Shown piece after piece: positions 1 through 13,083 of a stretch of DNA of 64,000 nt. The first letter of the stretch is position 1; each line of letters opens with the position of its first letter. The position numbers and the translations under genes are program-made. The stretch is from Eledone cirrhosa (taxonomy: Eukaryota), in contig OZ024744.1 in NCBI GenBank assembly GCA_964016885.1, positions 13,392,001 through 13,456,000 on the forward strand. The letters are read 5' to 3'. Below the pieces are notes generated by a model, which saw nothing but the letters and a program-made list of their open reading frames with translations, had not been told where the DNA came from and searched no databases.

Positions 1-3000
1 ACTCCAACACTATGGACATGGGGTTTGAATGTCTCAGTAGATCAGAGTGTCACTCCAGTTAAAGTTACTCTCTAAATTGAGAGATCACAACACCAATAAT
101 ATGGACATGGGGTTTGAATGTCTCAGTAGATCAGAGAGTCACTCCAGTTAAAGCTACTCTCTAAATTGAGAGATCACAACTCCAATACTATTGACATGTG
201 GTTAGAATGTCTCAGTAGATCAGGGAGTAATTCTTGTTAAATCTACTCTCTAAATTGAGAGATCACAACTCCCATACTATGGACATGAGGTTACAATCTC
301 TCAGTAGATCAGAGAGTCATTCCAGTTAAATCTACACTCTAAATTGAGAGATCACAACTCCTATATTATGGACATGGGGTTAGAATGTCTCAGTAGATCA
401 CAGTGTCACTCCAGTTAAAGCCACTCTCTAAATTGAGGGATCACAACTCCCATACTATGGAAATGTGGTTAGAATGTCTCAGTAGATCAGAGAGTCACTC
501 CAGTTAAAGCCACTCTCTAAATTGAGAGATCACAACTCCAATACTATGGACATGTGGTTAGAATGTCTCAGTAGATCAGAGAGTCATTCCAGTTAAAGCC
601 ACTCTCTAAATTGAGAGATCACAACTCCCATACTATTGACGTGTGGTTAGAATGTCTCAGTAGATCAGAGAATCACTCCAGTTAAAGCTACTCTCTAAAT
701 TGAGAGATCACAACTCCCATACTATGGAAATGTGGTTAGAATGTCTCAGTAGATCAGAGAGTCACTCCAGTTAAAGCCACTCTCTAAATTGAGAGATCAC
801 AACTCCAATATTATGGACATGGGGTTTGAAAGTCTCAGTAGATTAGAGTGTCACTCCAGTTAAAGCTACTCTCTAAATTGAGAGATCACAACTCCACTAC
901 TGTGGACATGGGGTTTGAATGTCTCAGTAGATCAAAGAATCACTCCAGTTAAAGCTGCACTCTAAATTGAGAGATCACATCTCCCATACTATGGACATGT
1001 GGTTAGAATGTCTCAGTAGAACAGAGAGTCTCTCTTGTTAAAGCTACTCTCTAAATTGAGAGATCACAACTCCATACTATGGACATGTGGTTAGAATCTC
1101 TCAGTAGATCAGAGAGTCATTCCAGTTAAAGCCACTCTCTAAATTGAGAGATCACAACTCCCATACTATGAACGTGTGGTTAGAATGTCTCAGTAGATCA
1201 GAGAATCACTCCAGTTAAAGCTACTCTCTAAATTGAGAGATCACAACTCCCATACTATGGAAATGTGGTTAGAATGTCTCAGTAGATCAGAGAGTCACTC
1301 CAGTTAAAGGCACTCTCTAAATTGAGAGATCACTACTCCAATACTATGGACATGTGGTTAGAATGTCTCAGTAGATCAGAAAGTCACTCCAGTTAAAGCT
1401 ACACTCTAAATTGAGAGATCACAACTCCAATACTATGGACATGGGGTTAGAATGACTCAGTAGATCAGAGTGTCACTCCAGTTAAAGCCACTCTCTAAAT
1501 TGAGGGATCACAACTCCCATACTATGGACATGTTGTTAGAATGTCTCAGTAGATCAGAGAGTCACTCTTGTTAAAGCTACTCTCTAAATTGAGAGATCAC
1601 AACTCCCATACTATGAACGTGTGGTTAGAATGTCTCAGTAGATCAGAGAATCACTCCAGTTAAAGCCACTCTCTAAATTGAGAGATCACAACTCCAATAC
1701 TATGGACATGGGGTTTGAAAGTCTCAGTAGATTAGAGTGTCACTCCAGTTAAAGCTACTGTCTAAATTGAGAGATCACAACTCCAATACTATGGACATGG
1801 TGTTTGAATGTCTCAGTAGATCAGAGACTCGCTCAAGTTAAAGCCACTCTCTAAATTGAGAGATCACAACTCCAATACTATGGACATGTGGTTAGAATGT
1901 CTCAGTAGATCGGAGTGTTACTCCAGTTAAAGCTACTCTCTAAATTGAGAGATCACATCTCCCATACTATGGACATGTGGTTAGAATGTCTCAGTAGATC
2001 AGAGAGTCACTCTTGTTAAAGCTACTCTCTAAATTGAGAGATCACAACTCCCATACTATGGACATGTTTTTTAAATGTCTCAGTAGATCAGAGAGTAACT
2101 CCAGTTAAAGCCACTCTCTAAATTGAGAGATCACAACTCCCATACTATGGACATGGGGTTTGAATGTCTCACTTGATCAGAGAATCACTCCAGTTAAAGC
2201 TACTCTCTAAATTGAGAGATCACAACTCCAATACTATGGACATGTGGTTAGAATGTCTCAGTAGATCAGAGAATCATTCTTGTTAAATCTACTCTCTAAA
2301 TTGAGAGATCACATCTCCCATACTATGGACATGGGGTTAGAATGTCTAAGTAGAACAGAGAGTCTCTCTTGTTAAAGCTACTCTCTAAATTGAGAGATCA
2401 CAACTCCATACTATGGACATGTGGTTAGAATCTCTCAGTAGATCAGAGAGTCACTCCAGTTAAAGTTACTCTCTAAATAGAGAGATCACAACTCCAATAC
2501 TATGGACATGTGGTTAGAATGTCTCAGTAGATCAGAAAGTCACTCCAGTTAAAGCTACACTCTAAATTGAGAGATCACAACTCCAATAATATGGACATGG
2601 GGTTAGAATGTCTCAGTAGATCAGAGTGTCACTCCAGTTAAAGCCACTCTCTAAATTGAGGGATCACAACTCCCATACTATGGACATGTTGTTAGAATGT
2701 CTCAGTAGATCAGAGAGTCACTCCAGTTAAAGCCACTCTCTAAATTGAGAGATCACAACTCCAATACTATGGACATGGGTTTTGAAAGTCTCAGTAGATT
2801 AGAGTGTCACTCCAGTTAAAGCTACTCTCTAAATTGAGAGATCACAACTCCAATACTATGGACATGGGGTTTGAATGTCTCAGTAGATCAGAGAGTCGCT
2901 CAAGTTAAAGCCACTCTCTAAATTGAGAGATCACAACTCCAATACTATGGACATGTGGTTAGAATGTCTCAGTAGATCGGAGTGTCACTCCAGTTAAAGC

Positions 3001-4889
3001 TACTCTCTAAATTGAGAGATCACATCTCCCATACTATGGACATGTGGTTAGAATGTCTCAGTAGATCAGAGAGTTACTCTTGTTAAAGCTACTCTCTAAA
3101 TTGAGAGATCACAACTCCCATACTATGGACATGTTGTTTAAATGTCTCAGTAGATCAGAGAGTCACTCCAGTTAAAGCTGCTCTCTAAATTGAGAGATCA
3201 CAACTCCCATACTATGGACATGGGGTTTGAATGTCTCACTAGATCAGAGAGTCACTCCAGTTAAAGCTACTCTCTAAATTGAGAGATCACAACTCCAATA
3301 CTATGGACATGTGGTTAGAATGTCTCAGTAGATCAGAAAGTGACTCCAGTTAAAGCTACACTCTAAATTGAGAGATCACAACTCCAATACTATGGACATG
3401 GGGTTAGAATGTCTCAGTAGATCAGAGTGTCACTCCAGTTAAAGCCACTCTCTAAATTGAGGGATCACAACTCCCATACTATGGACATGTTGTTAGAATG
3501 TCTCAGTAGATCAGAGAGTCACTCCAGTTAAAGCCACTCTCTAAATTGAGAGATCACAACTCCAATACTATGGACATGGGGTTTGAAAGTCTCAGTAGAT
3601 TAGAGTGTCACTCCAGTTAAAGCTACTCTCTAAATTGAGAGATCACAACTCCAATAATATGGACATGGGGTTTGAATGTCTCAGTAGATCAGAGATTCAC
3701 TCCAGTTAAAGCTACTCTCTAAATTGAGAGATCACAATTCCAATACTATGGACATGTGGTTAGAATGTCTCAGTAGATCAGGGAGTCATTCTTGTTAAAT
3801 CTACTCTCTAAATTGAGAGATCACAACTCCCATACTATGGACATGTGGTTACAATCTCTCAGTAGATCAGAGAGTCATTCCAGTTAAAGCCACTCTCTAA
3901 ATTGAGAGATCACAACTCCCATACTATGGACGTGTGGTTAGAATGTCTCAGTAGATCAGAGAATCACTCCAGTTAAAGCTACTCTCTAAATTGAGAGATC
4001 ACAACTGCCATACTATGGAAATGTGGTTAGAACGTCTCAGTAGATCAGAGAGTCACTCCAGTTAAAGCCACTCTCTAAATTGAGAGATCACAACTCCAAT
4101 ACTATGGACATGTGGTTAGAATGTCTCAGTAGATCAGAAAGTCACTCCAGTTAAAGCTACACTCTAAATTTAGAGATCACAACTCCTATACTATGGACAT
4201 GGGGTTAGAATGTCTCAGTAGATCACAGTGTCACTCCAGTTAAAGCCACTCTCTAAATTGAGGGATCACAACTCCCATACTATGGACATGTTGTTAGAAC
4301 GTCTCAGTAGATCAGAGAGTCACTCCAGTTAAAGCCACTCTCTAAATTGAGAGATCACAACTCCAATACTATGGACATGTGGTTAGAATGGCTCAGTAGA
4401 TCAGAGAGTCATTCCAGTTAAAGCCACTTTCTAAATTGAGAGATCACAACTCCCATACTATGGACGTGTGGTTAGAATGTCTCAGTAGATCAGAGAATCA
4501 CTCCAGTTAAAGCTACTCTCTAAATTGAGAGATCACAACTCCAATACTATGGAAATGTGGTTAGAATGTCTCAGTAGATCAGAGAGTCACTCCAGTTAAA
4601 GCCACTCTCTAAATTGAGAGATCACAACTCCAATACTATGGACATGGGGTTAGAATGTCTCAGTAGATCAGAGTGTCACTCCAGTTAAAGCCACTCTCTA
4701 AATTGAGGGATCACAACTCCCATACTATGGACATGTTGTTAGAATGTCTCAGTAGATCAGAGAGTCACTCCAGTTAAAGCCACTCTCTAAATTGAGAGAT
4801 CACAACTCCAATATTATGGACATGGGGTTTGAAAGTCTCAGTAGATTAGAGTGTCACTCCAGTTAAAGCTACTCTCTAAATTGAGAGAT

Positions 4890-7800
4890 CACAACTCCAA
4901 TACTATGGACATGGGGTTTGAATGTCTCAGTAGATCAGAGAGTCGCTCAAGTTAAAGCCACTCTCTAAATTGAGAGATCACATCTCCCATACTATGGACA
5001 TGTGGTTAGAATGTCTCAGTAGATCAGAGAGTCGCTCAAGTTAAAGCCACTCTCTAAATTGAGAGATCACATCTCCCATACTATGGACATGTGGTTAGAA
5101 TGTCTCAGTAGATCAGAGAGTCACTCTTGTTAAAGCTACTCTCTAAATTGAGAGATCACAACTCCCATACTATGGACATGTTGTTTAAATGTCTCAGTAG
5201 ATCAGAGAGTCACTCCAGTTAAAGCTGCTCTCTAAATTGAGAGATCACAACTCCCATACTATGGACATGGGGTTAGAATGTCTCACTTGATCAGAGAGAC
5301 ACTCCAGTTAAAGCTACTCTCTAAATTGTGAGATCACAACTCCAATACTATGGACATGTGGTTAGAATGTCTCAGTAGATCAGAGAATCACTCCAGTTAA
5401 AGATACTCTCTAAATTGAGAGATCACATCTCCCATACTATGGACATGTGGTTAGAATCTCTCAGTAGATCAGAGAGTCACTCCAGTTAAAGCCACTCTCT
5501 AAATTGAGAGATCACAACTCCAATACTATGGACATATGGTTAGAATGTCTCAGTAGATCAGAAAGTCACTCCAGTTAAAGCTACACTCTAAATTGAGAGA
5601 TCACAACTCCAATACTATGGACATGGGGTTAGAATGTCTCAGTAGATCAGAGTGTCACTCCAGTTAAAGCCACTCTCTAAATTGAGGGATCACAACTCCC
5701 ATACTATGGACATGTTGTTAGAATGTCTCAGTAGATCAGAGAGTCACTCCAGTTAAAGCCACTCTCTAAATTGAGAGATCACAACTCCAATACTATGGAC
5801 ATGGGGTTTGAAAGTCTCAGTGGATTAGAGTGTCACTCCAGTTAAAGCTACTCTCTAAATTGAGAGATCACAACTCCAATACTATGGACATGGGGTTTGA
5901 ATGTCTCAGTAGATCAGAGAGTCGCTCAAGTTAAAGCCACTCTCTAAATTGAGAGATCACAACTCCCATACTATGGACATGTGGTTAGAATGTCTCAGTA
6001 GATCAGAGTGTCACTCCAGTTAAAGCTACTCTCTAAATTGAGAGATCACATCTCCCATACTATGGACATGTGGTTAGAATGTCTCAGTAGATCAGAGAGT
6101 CACTCTTGTTAAAGCTACTCTCTAAATTGAGAGATCACAACTCCAATAATATGGACATGGGGTTTGAATGTCTCAGTAGATCAGAGAGTCACTCCAGTTA
6201 AAGCTACTCTCTAAATTGAGAGATCACAATTCCAATACTATGGACATGTGGTTAGAATGTCTCAGTAGATCAGGGAGTCATTCTTGTGAAATCTACTCTC
6301 TAAATTGAGAGATCACAACTCCCATACTATGGACATGTGGTTACAATCTCTCAGTAGATCAGAGAGTCATTCCAGTTAAAGCCACTCTCTAAATTGAGAG
6401 ATCACAACTCCCATACTATGGACGTGTGGTTAGAATGTCTCAGTAGATCAGAGAATCACTCCAGTTAAAGCTACTCTCTAAATTGAGAGATCACAACTGC
6501 CATACTATGGAAATGTGGTTAGAACGTCTCAGTAGATCAGAGAATCACTCCAGTTAAAGCCACTCTCTAAATTGAAAGATCACAACTCCAATACTATGGA
6601 CATGTGGTTAGAATGTCTCAGTAGATCAGAAAGTCACTCCAGTTAAAGCTACACTCTAAATTGAGAGATCACAACTCCTATACTATGGACATGGGGTTAG
6701 AATGTCTCAGTAGATCACAGTGTCACTCCAGTTAAAGCCACTCTCTAAATTGAGAGATCACAACTCCAATACTATGGACATGTGGTTAGAATGTCTCAGT
6801 AGATCAGAGAGTCATTCCAGTTAAAGCCACTTTCTAAATTGAGAGATCACAACTCCCATACTATGGACGTGTGGTTAGAATGTCTCAGTAGATCAGAGAA
6901 TCACTCCAGTTAAAGCTACTCTCTAAATTGAGAGATCACAACTCCCATACTATAGACATGTGGTTAGAATGTCTCAGTAGATCAGAAAGTCACTCCAGTT
7001 AAAGCTACACTCTAAATGGAGGGATCACAACTCCAATACTATGGACATTTGGTTAGAATATCTCAGTAGATCAGAGTGTCACTCCAGTTAAAGCCACTCT
7101 CTAAATTGAGAGATCACAACTCCCATACTATAGACATGTGGTTAGAATGTCTCAGTAGATCAGAAAGTCACTCCAGTTAAAGCTACACTCTAAATGGAGG
7201 GATCACAACTCCAATACTATGGACATGGGGTTAGAATATCTCAGTAGATCAGAGAGTCACTCCAGTTAAAGCCACTCTCTAAATTGAGAGATCACAACTC
7301 CAATAATATGGACATGGGGTTTGAAAGTCTCAGTAGATTAGAGTGTCACTCCAGTTAAAGCTACTCTCTAAATTGAGAGATCACAACTCCAATACTATGG
7401 ACATGGGGTTTGAATGTCTCACTAGATCAGAGAATCACTCCAGTTAAAGCTACTCTCTAAATTGAGAGATCACAACTCCAATACTATGGAAATGTGGTTA
7501 GAATGTCTCAGTAGATCAGAGAATCACTCTTGTTAAAGCTACTCTCTAAATTGAGAGATCACATCTCCCATACTATGGACATGTGGTTAGAATGTCTCAG
7601 TAGAACAGAGAGTCTCTCTTGTTAAAGCTACTCTCTAAATTGAGAGATCACAACTCCCAAACTATGGAAATGTGGTTAGAATGTCTCAGTAGATCAGAGA
7701 TTCACTCCAGTTAAAGCCACTCTCTAAATTGAGAGATCACAACTCCCATACTATGGACATGTGGTTAGAATGGCTCAGTAGATCAGAAAGTCACTCCAGT

Positions 7801-10800
7801 TAAAGCTACACTCTAAATTGAGAGATCACAACTCCAATACTATGGACATGGGGTTAGAACGTCTCAGTAGATACGAGTGTCACTCCAGTTTAAGCCACTC
7901 TCTGAATTGAGGGATCACAACTCCCATACTATGGACATGTGGTTAGAATGGCTCAGTAGATCAGAAAGTCACTCCAGTTAAAGCTACACTCTAAATTGAG
8001 AGATCACAACTCCAATACTATGGACATGGGGTTTGAATGTCTCAGTAGATCAGAGAGTCGCTCAAGTTAAAGCCACTCTCTAAATTGAGAGATCACATCT
8101 CCCATACTATGGACATGTGGTTAGAATGTCTCAGTAGATCAGAGAGTCGCTCAAGTTAAAGCCACTCTCTAAATTGAGAGATCACATCTCCCATACTATG
8201 GACATGTGGTTAGAATGTCTCAGTAGATCAGAGAGTCACTCTTGTTAAAGCTACTCTCTAAATTGAGAGATCACAACTCCCATACTATGGACATGTTGTT
8301 TAAATGTCTCAGTAGATCAGAGAGTCACTCCAGTTAAAGCTGCTCTCTAAATTGAGAGATCACAACTCCCATACTATGGACATGGGGTTTGAATGTCTCA
8401 CTTGATCAGAGAGACACTCCAGTTAAAGCTACTCTCTAAATTGAGAGATCACAACTCCAATACTATGGACATGTGGTTAGAATGTCTCAGTAGATCAGAG
8501 AATCACTCCAGTTAAAGATACTCTCTAAATTGAGAGATCACATCTCCCATACTATGGACATGTGGTTAGAATCTCTCAGTAGATCAGAGAGTCACTCCAG
8601 TTAAAGCCACTCTCTAAATTGAGAGATCACAACTCCAATACTATGGACATATGGTTAGAATGTCTCAGTAGATCAGAAAGTCACTCCAGTTAAAGCTACA
8701 CTCTAAATTGAGAGATCACAACTCCAATACTATGGACATGGGGTTAGAATGTCTCAGTAGATCAGAGTGTCACTCCAGTTAAAGCCACTCTCTAAATTGA
8801 GGGATCACAACTCCCATACTATGGACATGTTGTTAGAATGTCTCAGTAGATCAGAGAGTCACTCCAGTTAAAGCCACTCTCTAAATTGAGAGATCACAAC
8901 TCCAATACTATGGACATGGGGTTTGAAAGTCTCAGTGGATTAGAGTGTCACTCCAGTTAAAGCTATTCTCTAAATTGAGAGATCACAACTCCAATACTAT
9001 GGACATGTGGTTAGAATGTCTCAGTAGATCAGAGTGTCACTCCAGTTAAAGCTACTCTCTAAATTGAGAGATCACATCTCCCATACTATGGACATGTGGT
9101 TAGAATGTCTCAGTAGATCAGAGAGTCACTCTTGTTAAAGCTACTCTCTAAATTGAGAGATCACAACTCCAATAATATGGACATGGGGTTTGAATGTCTC
9201 AGTAGATCAGAGAGTCACTCCAGTTAAAGCTACTCTCTAAATTGAGAGATCACAATTCCAATACTATGGACATGTGGTTAGAATGTCTCAGTAGATCAGG
9301 GAGTCATTCTTGTGAAATCTACTCTCTAAATTGAGAGATCACAACTCCCATACTATGGACATGTGGTTACAATCTCTCAGTAGATCAGAGAGTCATTCCA
9401 GTTAAAGCCACTCTCTAAATTGAGAGATCACAACTCCCATACTATGGACGTGTGGTTAGAATGTCTCAGTAGATCAGAGAATCACTCCAGTTAAAGCTAC
9501 TCTCTAAATTGAGAGATCACAACTGCCATACTATGGAAATGTGGTTAGAACGTCTCAGTAGATCAGAGAATCACTCCAGTTAAAGCCACTCTCTAAATTG
9601 AGAGATCACAACTCCAATACTATGGACATGTGGTTAGAATGTCTCAGTAGATCAGAAAGTCACCCCAGTTAAAGCTACACTCTAAATTGAGAGATCACAA
9701 CTCCTATACTATGGACATCGGGTTAGAATGTCTCAGTAGATCACAGTGTCACTCCAGTTAAAGCCACTCTCTAAATTGAGGGATCACAACTCCCATACTA
9801 TGGACATGTTGTTAGAATGTCTCAGTAGATCAGAGTGTCACTCCAGTTAAAGCCACTCTCTAAATTGAGAGATCACAACTCCAATACTATGGACATGTGG
9901 TTAGAATGTCTCAGTAGATCAGAGAGTCATTCCAGTTAAAGCCACTTTCTAAATTGAGAGATCACAACTCCCACACTATGGACGTGTGGTTAGAATGTCT
10001 CAGTAGATCAGAGAATCACTCCAGTTAAAGCTACTCTCTAAATTGAGAGATCACAACTCCAATACTATGGAAATGTGGTTAGAATGTCTCAGTAGATCAG
10101 AGAGTCACTCCAGTTAAAGCCACTCTCTAAATTGAGAGATCACAACTCCCATACTATAGACATGTGGTTAGAATGTCTCAGTAGATCAGAAAGTCACTCC
10201 AGGTAAAGCTACACTCTAAATGGAGGGATCACAACTCCAATACTATGGACATTTGGTTAGAATATCTCAGTAGATCAGAGTGTCACTCCAGTTAAAGCCA
10301 CTCTCTAAATTGAGAGATCATAACTCCCATACTATAGACATGTGGTTAGAATGTCTCAGTAGATCAGAAAGTCACTCCAGTTAAAGCTACACTCTAAATG
10401 GAGGGATCACAACTCCAATACTATGGACATGGGGTTAGAATATCTCAGTAGATCAGAGAGTCACTCCAGTTAAAGCCACTCTCTAAATTGAGAGATCACA
10501 ACTCCAATAATATGGACATGGGGTTTGAAAGTCTCAGTAGATTAGAGTGTCACTCCAGTTAAAGCTACTCTCTAAATTGAGAGATCACAACTCCAATACT
10601 ATGGACATGGGGTTTGAATGTCTCACTAGATCAGAGAATCACTCCAGTTAAAGCTACTCTCTAAATTGAGAGATCACAACTCCAATACTATGGAAATGTG
10701 GTTAGAATGTCTCAGTAGATCAGAGAATCACTCTTGTTAAAGCTACTCTCTAAATTGAGAGATCACATCTCCCATACTATGGACATGTGGTTAGAATGTC

Positions 10801-11210
10801 TCAGTAGAACAGAGAGTCTCTCTTGTTAAAGCTACTCTCTAAATTGAGAGATCACAACTCCCAAACTATGGAAATGTGGTTAGAATGTCTCAGTAGATCA
10901 GAGATTCACTCCAGTTAAAGCCACTCTCTAAATTGAGAGATCACAACTCCCATACTATGGACATGTGGTTAGAATGGCTCAGTAGATCAGAAAGTCACTC
11001 CAGTTAAAGCTACACTCTAAATTGAGAGATCACAACTCCAATACTATGGACATGGGGTTAGAACGTCTCAGTAGATCAGAGTGTCACTCCAGTTAAAGCC
11101 ACTCTCTGAATTGAGGGATCACAACTCCCATACTATGGACATGTGGTTAGAATGGCTCAGTAGATCAGAAAGTCACTCCAGTTAAAGCTACACTCTAAAT
11201 TGAGAGATCA
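4890..11210 (+). repeat. Tandem duplication of about 35 monomers (about 3.1-3.2 kb), two copies
   Basis: Private variants are paired: CTTGATCAGAGAGAC at 5286/8401 and TGGATT at 5821/8936 (offset 3115 = 35x89); TGTGAAAT at 6285/9311 (3026 = 34x89); AAATGGAGGG at 7017/10221 and CTGAATTGAGGG at 7904/11108 (3204 = 36x89). Confidence 0.85.
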
Positions 11211-13083
11211 CAACTCCAATACTATGGACATGGGGTTAGAACGTCTCAGTAGATCAGAGTGTCACTCCAGTTAAAGCCACTCTCTAAATTGAGGGATCAC
11301 AACTCCCATACTATGGACATGTTGTTAGAATGTCTCAGTAGATCAGAGAGTCACTCCAGTTAAAGCCACTCTCTAAATTTAGAGATCACAACTCCAATAC
11401 TATGGACATGGGGTTTGAAAGTCTCAGTAGATTAGAGTTTCACTCCAGTTAAAGCTACTCTCTAAATTGAGAGATCACAACTCCAATACTATGGACATGG
11501 GGTTTGAATGTCTCAGTAGATCAGAGAGTCGCTCAAGTTAAAGCCACTCTCTAAATTGAGAGATCACAACTCCCATACTATGGACATGTGGTTAGAATGT
11601 CTCAGTAGATCAGAGTGTCACTCCAGTTAAAGCTACTCTCTAAATTGAGAGATCACATCTCCCATACTATGGACATGTGGTTAGAATGTCTCAGTAGATC
11701 AGAGAGTCACTCTTGTTAAAGCTACTCTCTAAATTGAGAGATCACAACTCCAATAATATGGACATGGGGTTTGAATGTCTCAGTAGATCAGAGAGTCACT
11801 CCAGTTAAAGCTACTCTCTAAATTGAGAGATCACAATTCCAATACTATGGACATGTGGTTAGAATGTCTCAGTAGATCAGGGAGTCATTCTTGTTAAATC
11901 TACTCTCTAAATTGAGAGATCACAACTCCCATACTATGGACATGTGGTTACAATCTCTCAGTAGATTAGAGAGTCATTCCAGTTAAAGCCACTCTCTAAA
12001 TTGAGAGATCACAACTCCCATACTATGGACGTGTGGTTAGAATGTCTCAGTAGATCAGAGAATCACTCCAGTTAAAGTTACTCTCTAAATTGAGAGATCA
12101 CAACTGCCATACTATGGAAATGTGGTTAGAACGTCTCAGTAGATCAGAGAGTCACTCCAGTTAAAGCCACTCTCTAAATTGAGAGATCACAACACCAATA
12201 CTATGGACATGTGGTTAGAATGTCTCAGTAGATCAGAAAGTCACTCCAGTTAAAGCTACACTCTAAATTGAGAGATCACAACTCCTATACTATGGACATG
12301 GGGTTAGAATGTCTCAGTAGATCACAGTGTCACTCCAGTTAAAGCCACTCTCTAAATTGAGAGATCACAACTCCCATACTATGGACGTGTGGTTAGAATG
12401 TCTCAGTAGATCAGAGAATCACTCCAGTTAAAGCTACTCTCTAAAAATTGAGAGATCACAACTCCAATACTATGGAAATGTGGTTAGAATGTCTCAGTAG
12501 ATCAGAGAGTCACTCCAGTTAAAGCCACTCTCTAAATTGAGAGATCACAACTCCCATACTATAGACATGTGGTTAGAATGTCTCAGTAGATCAGAAAGTC
12601 ACTCCAGTTAAAGCTACACTCTAAATGGAGGGATCACAACTCCAATACTATGGACATGGGGTTAGAATATCTCAGTAGATCAGAGTGTCACTCCAGTTAA
12701 AGCCACTCTCTAAATTGAGGGATCACAACTCCCATACTATGGACACGTTGTTAGAATGTCTCAGTAGATCAGAGAGTCACTCCAGTTAAAGCCACTCTCT
12801 AAATTGAGAGATCACAACTCCAATAATATGGACATGGGGTTTGAAAGTCTCAGTAGATTAGAGAATCACTCTTGTTAAAGCTACTCTCTAAATTGAGAGA
12901 TCACATCTCCTATACTATGGACATGTGGTTAGAATGTCTCAGTAGAACAGAGAGTCTCTCTTGTTAAAGCTACTCTCTAAATTGAGAGATCACAACTCCC
13001 AAACTATGGAAATGTGGTTAGAATGTCTCAGTAGATCAGAGATTCACTCCAGTTAAAGCCGGTCTCTAAATTGAGAGATCACA

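Noticed and set aside
375-384. Telomere-like GGGTTAG / GGGTTT(A/G) motifs
   Set aside because: These are single 6-7 bp matches in a subset of monomers and are never tandem. That is insufficient for telomeric origin or G-quadruplex formation.
12441-12450. Isolated small indels (CTAAAAATTG +2 bp; also a 1-bp loss at about 63291)
   Set aside because: These are singletons. They cannot be distinguished from sequencing error without reads.
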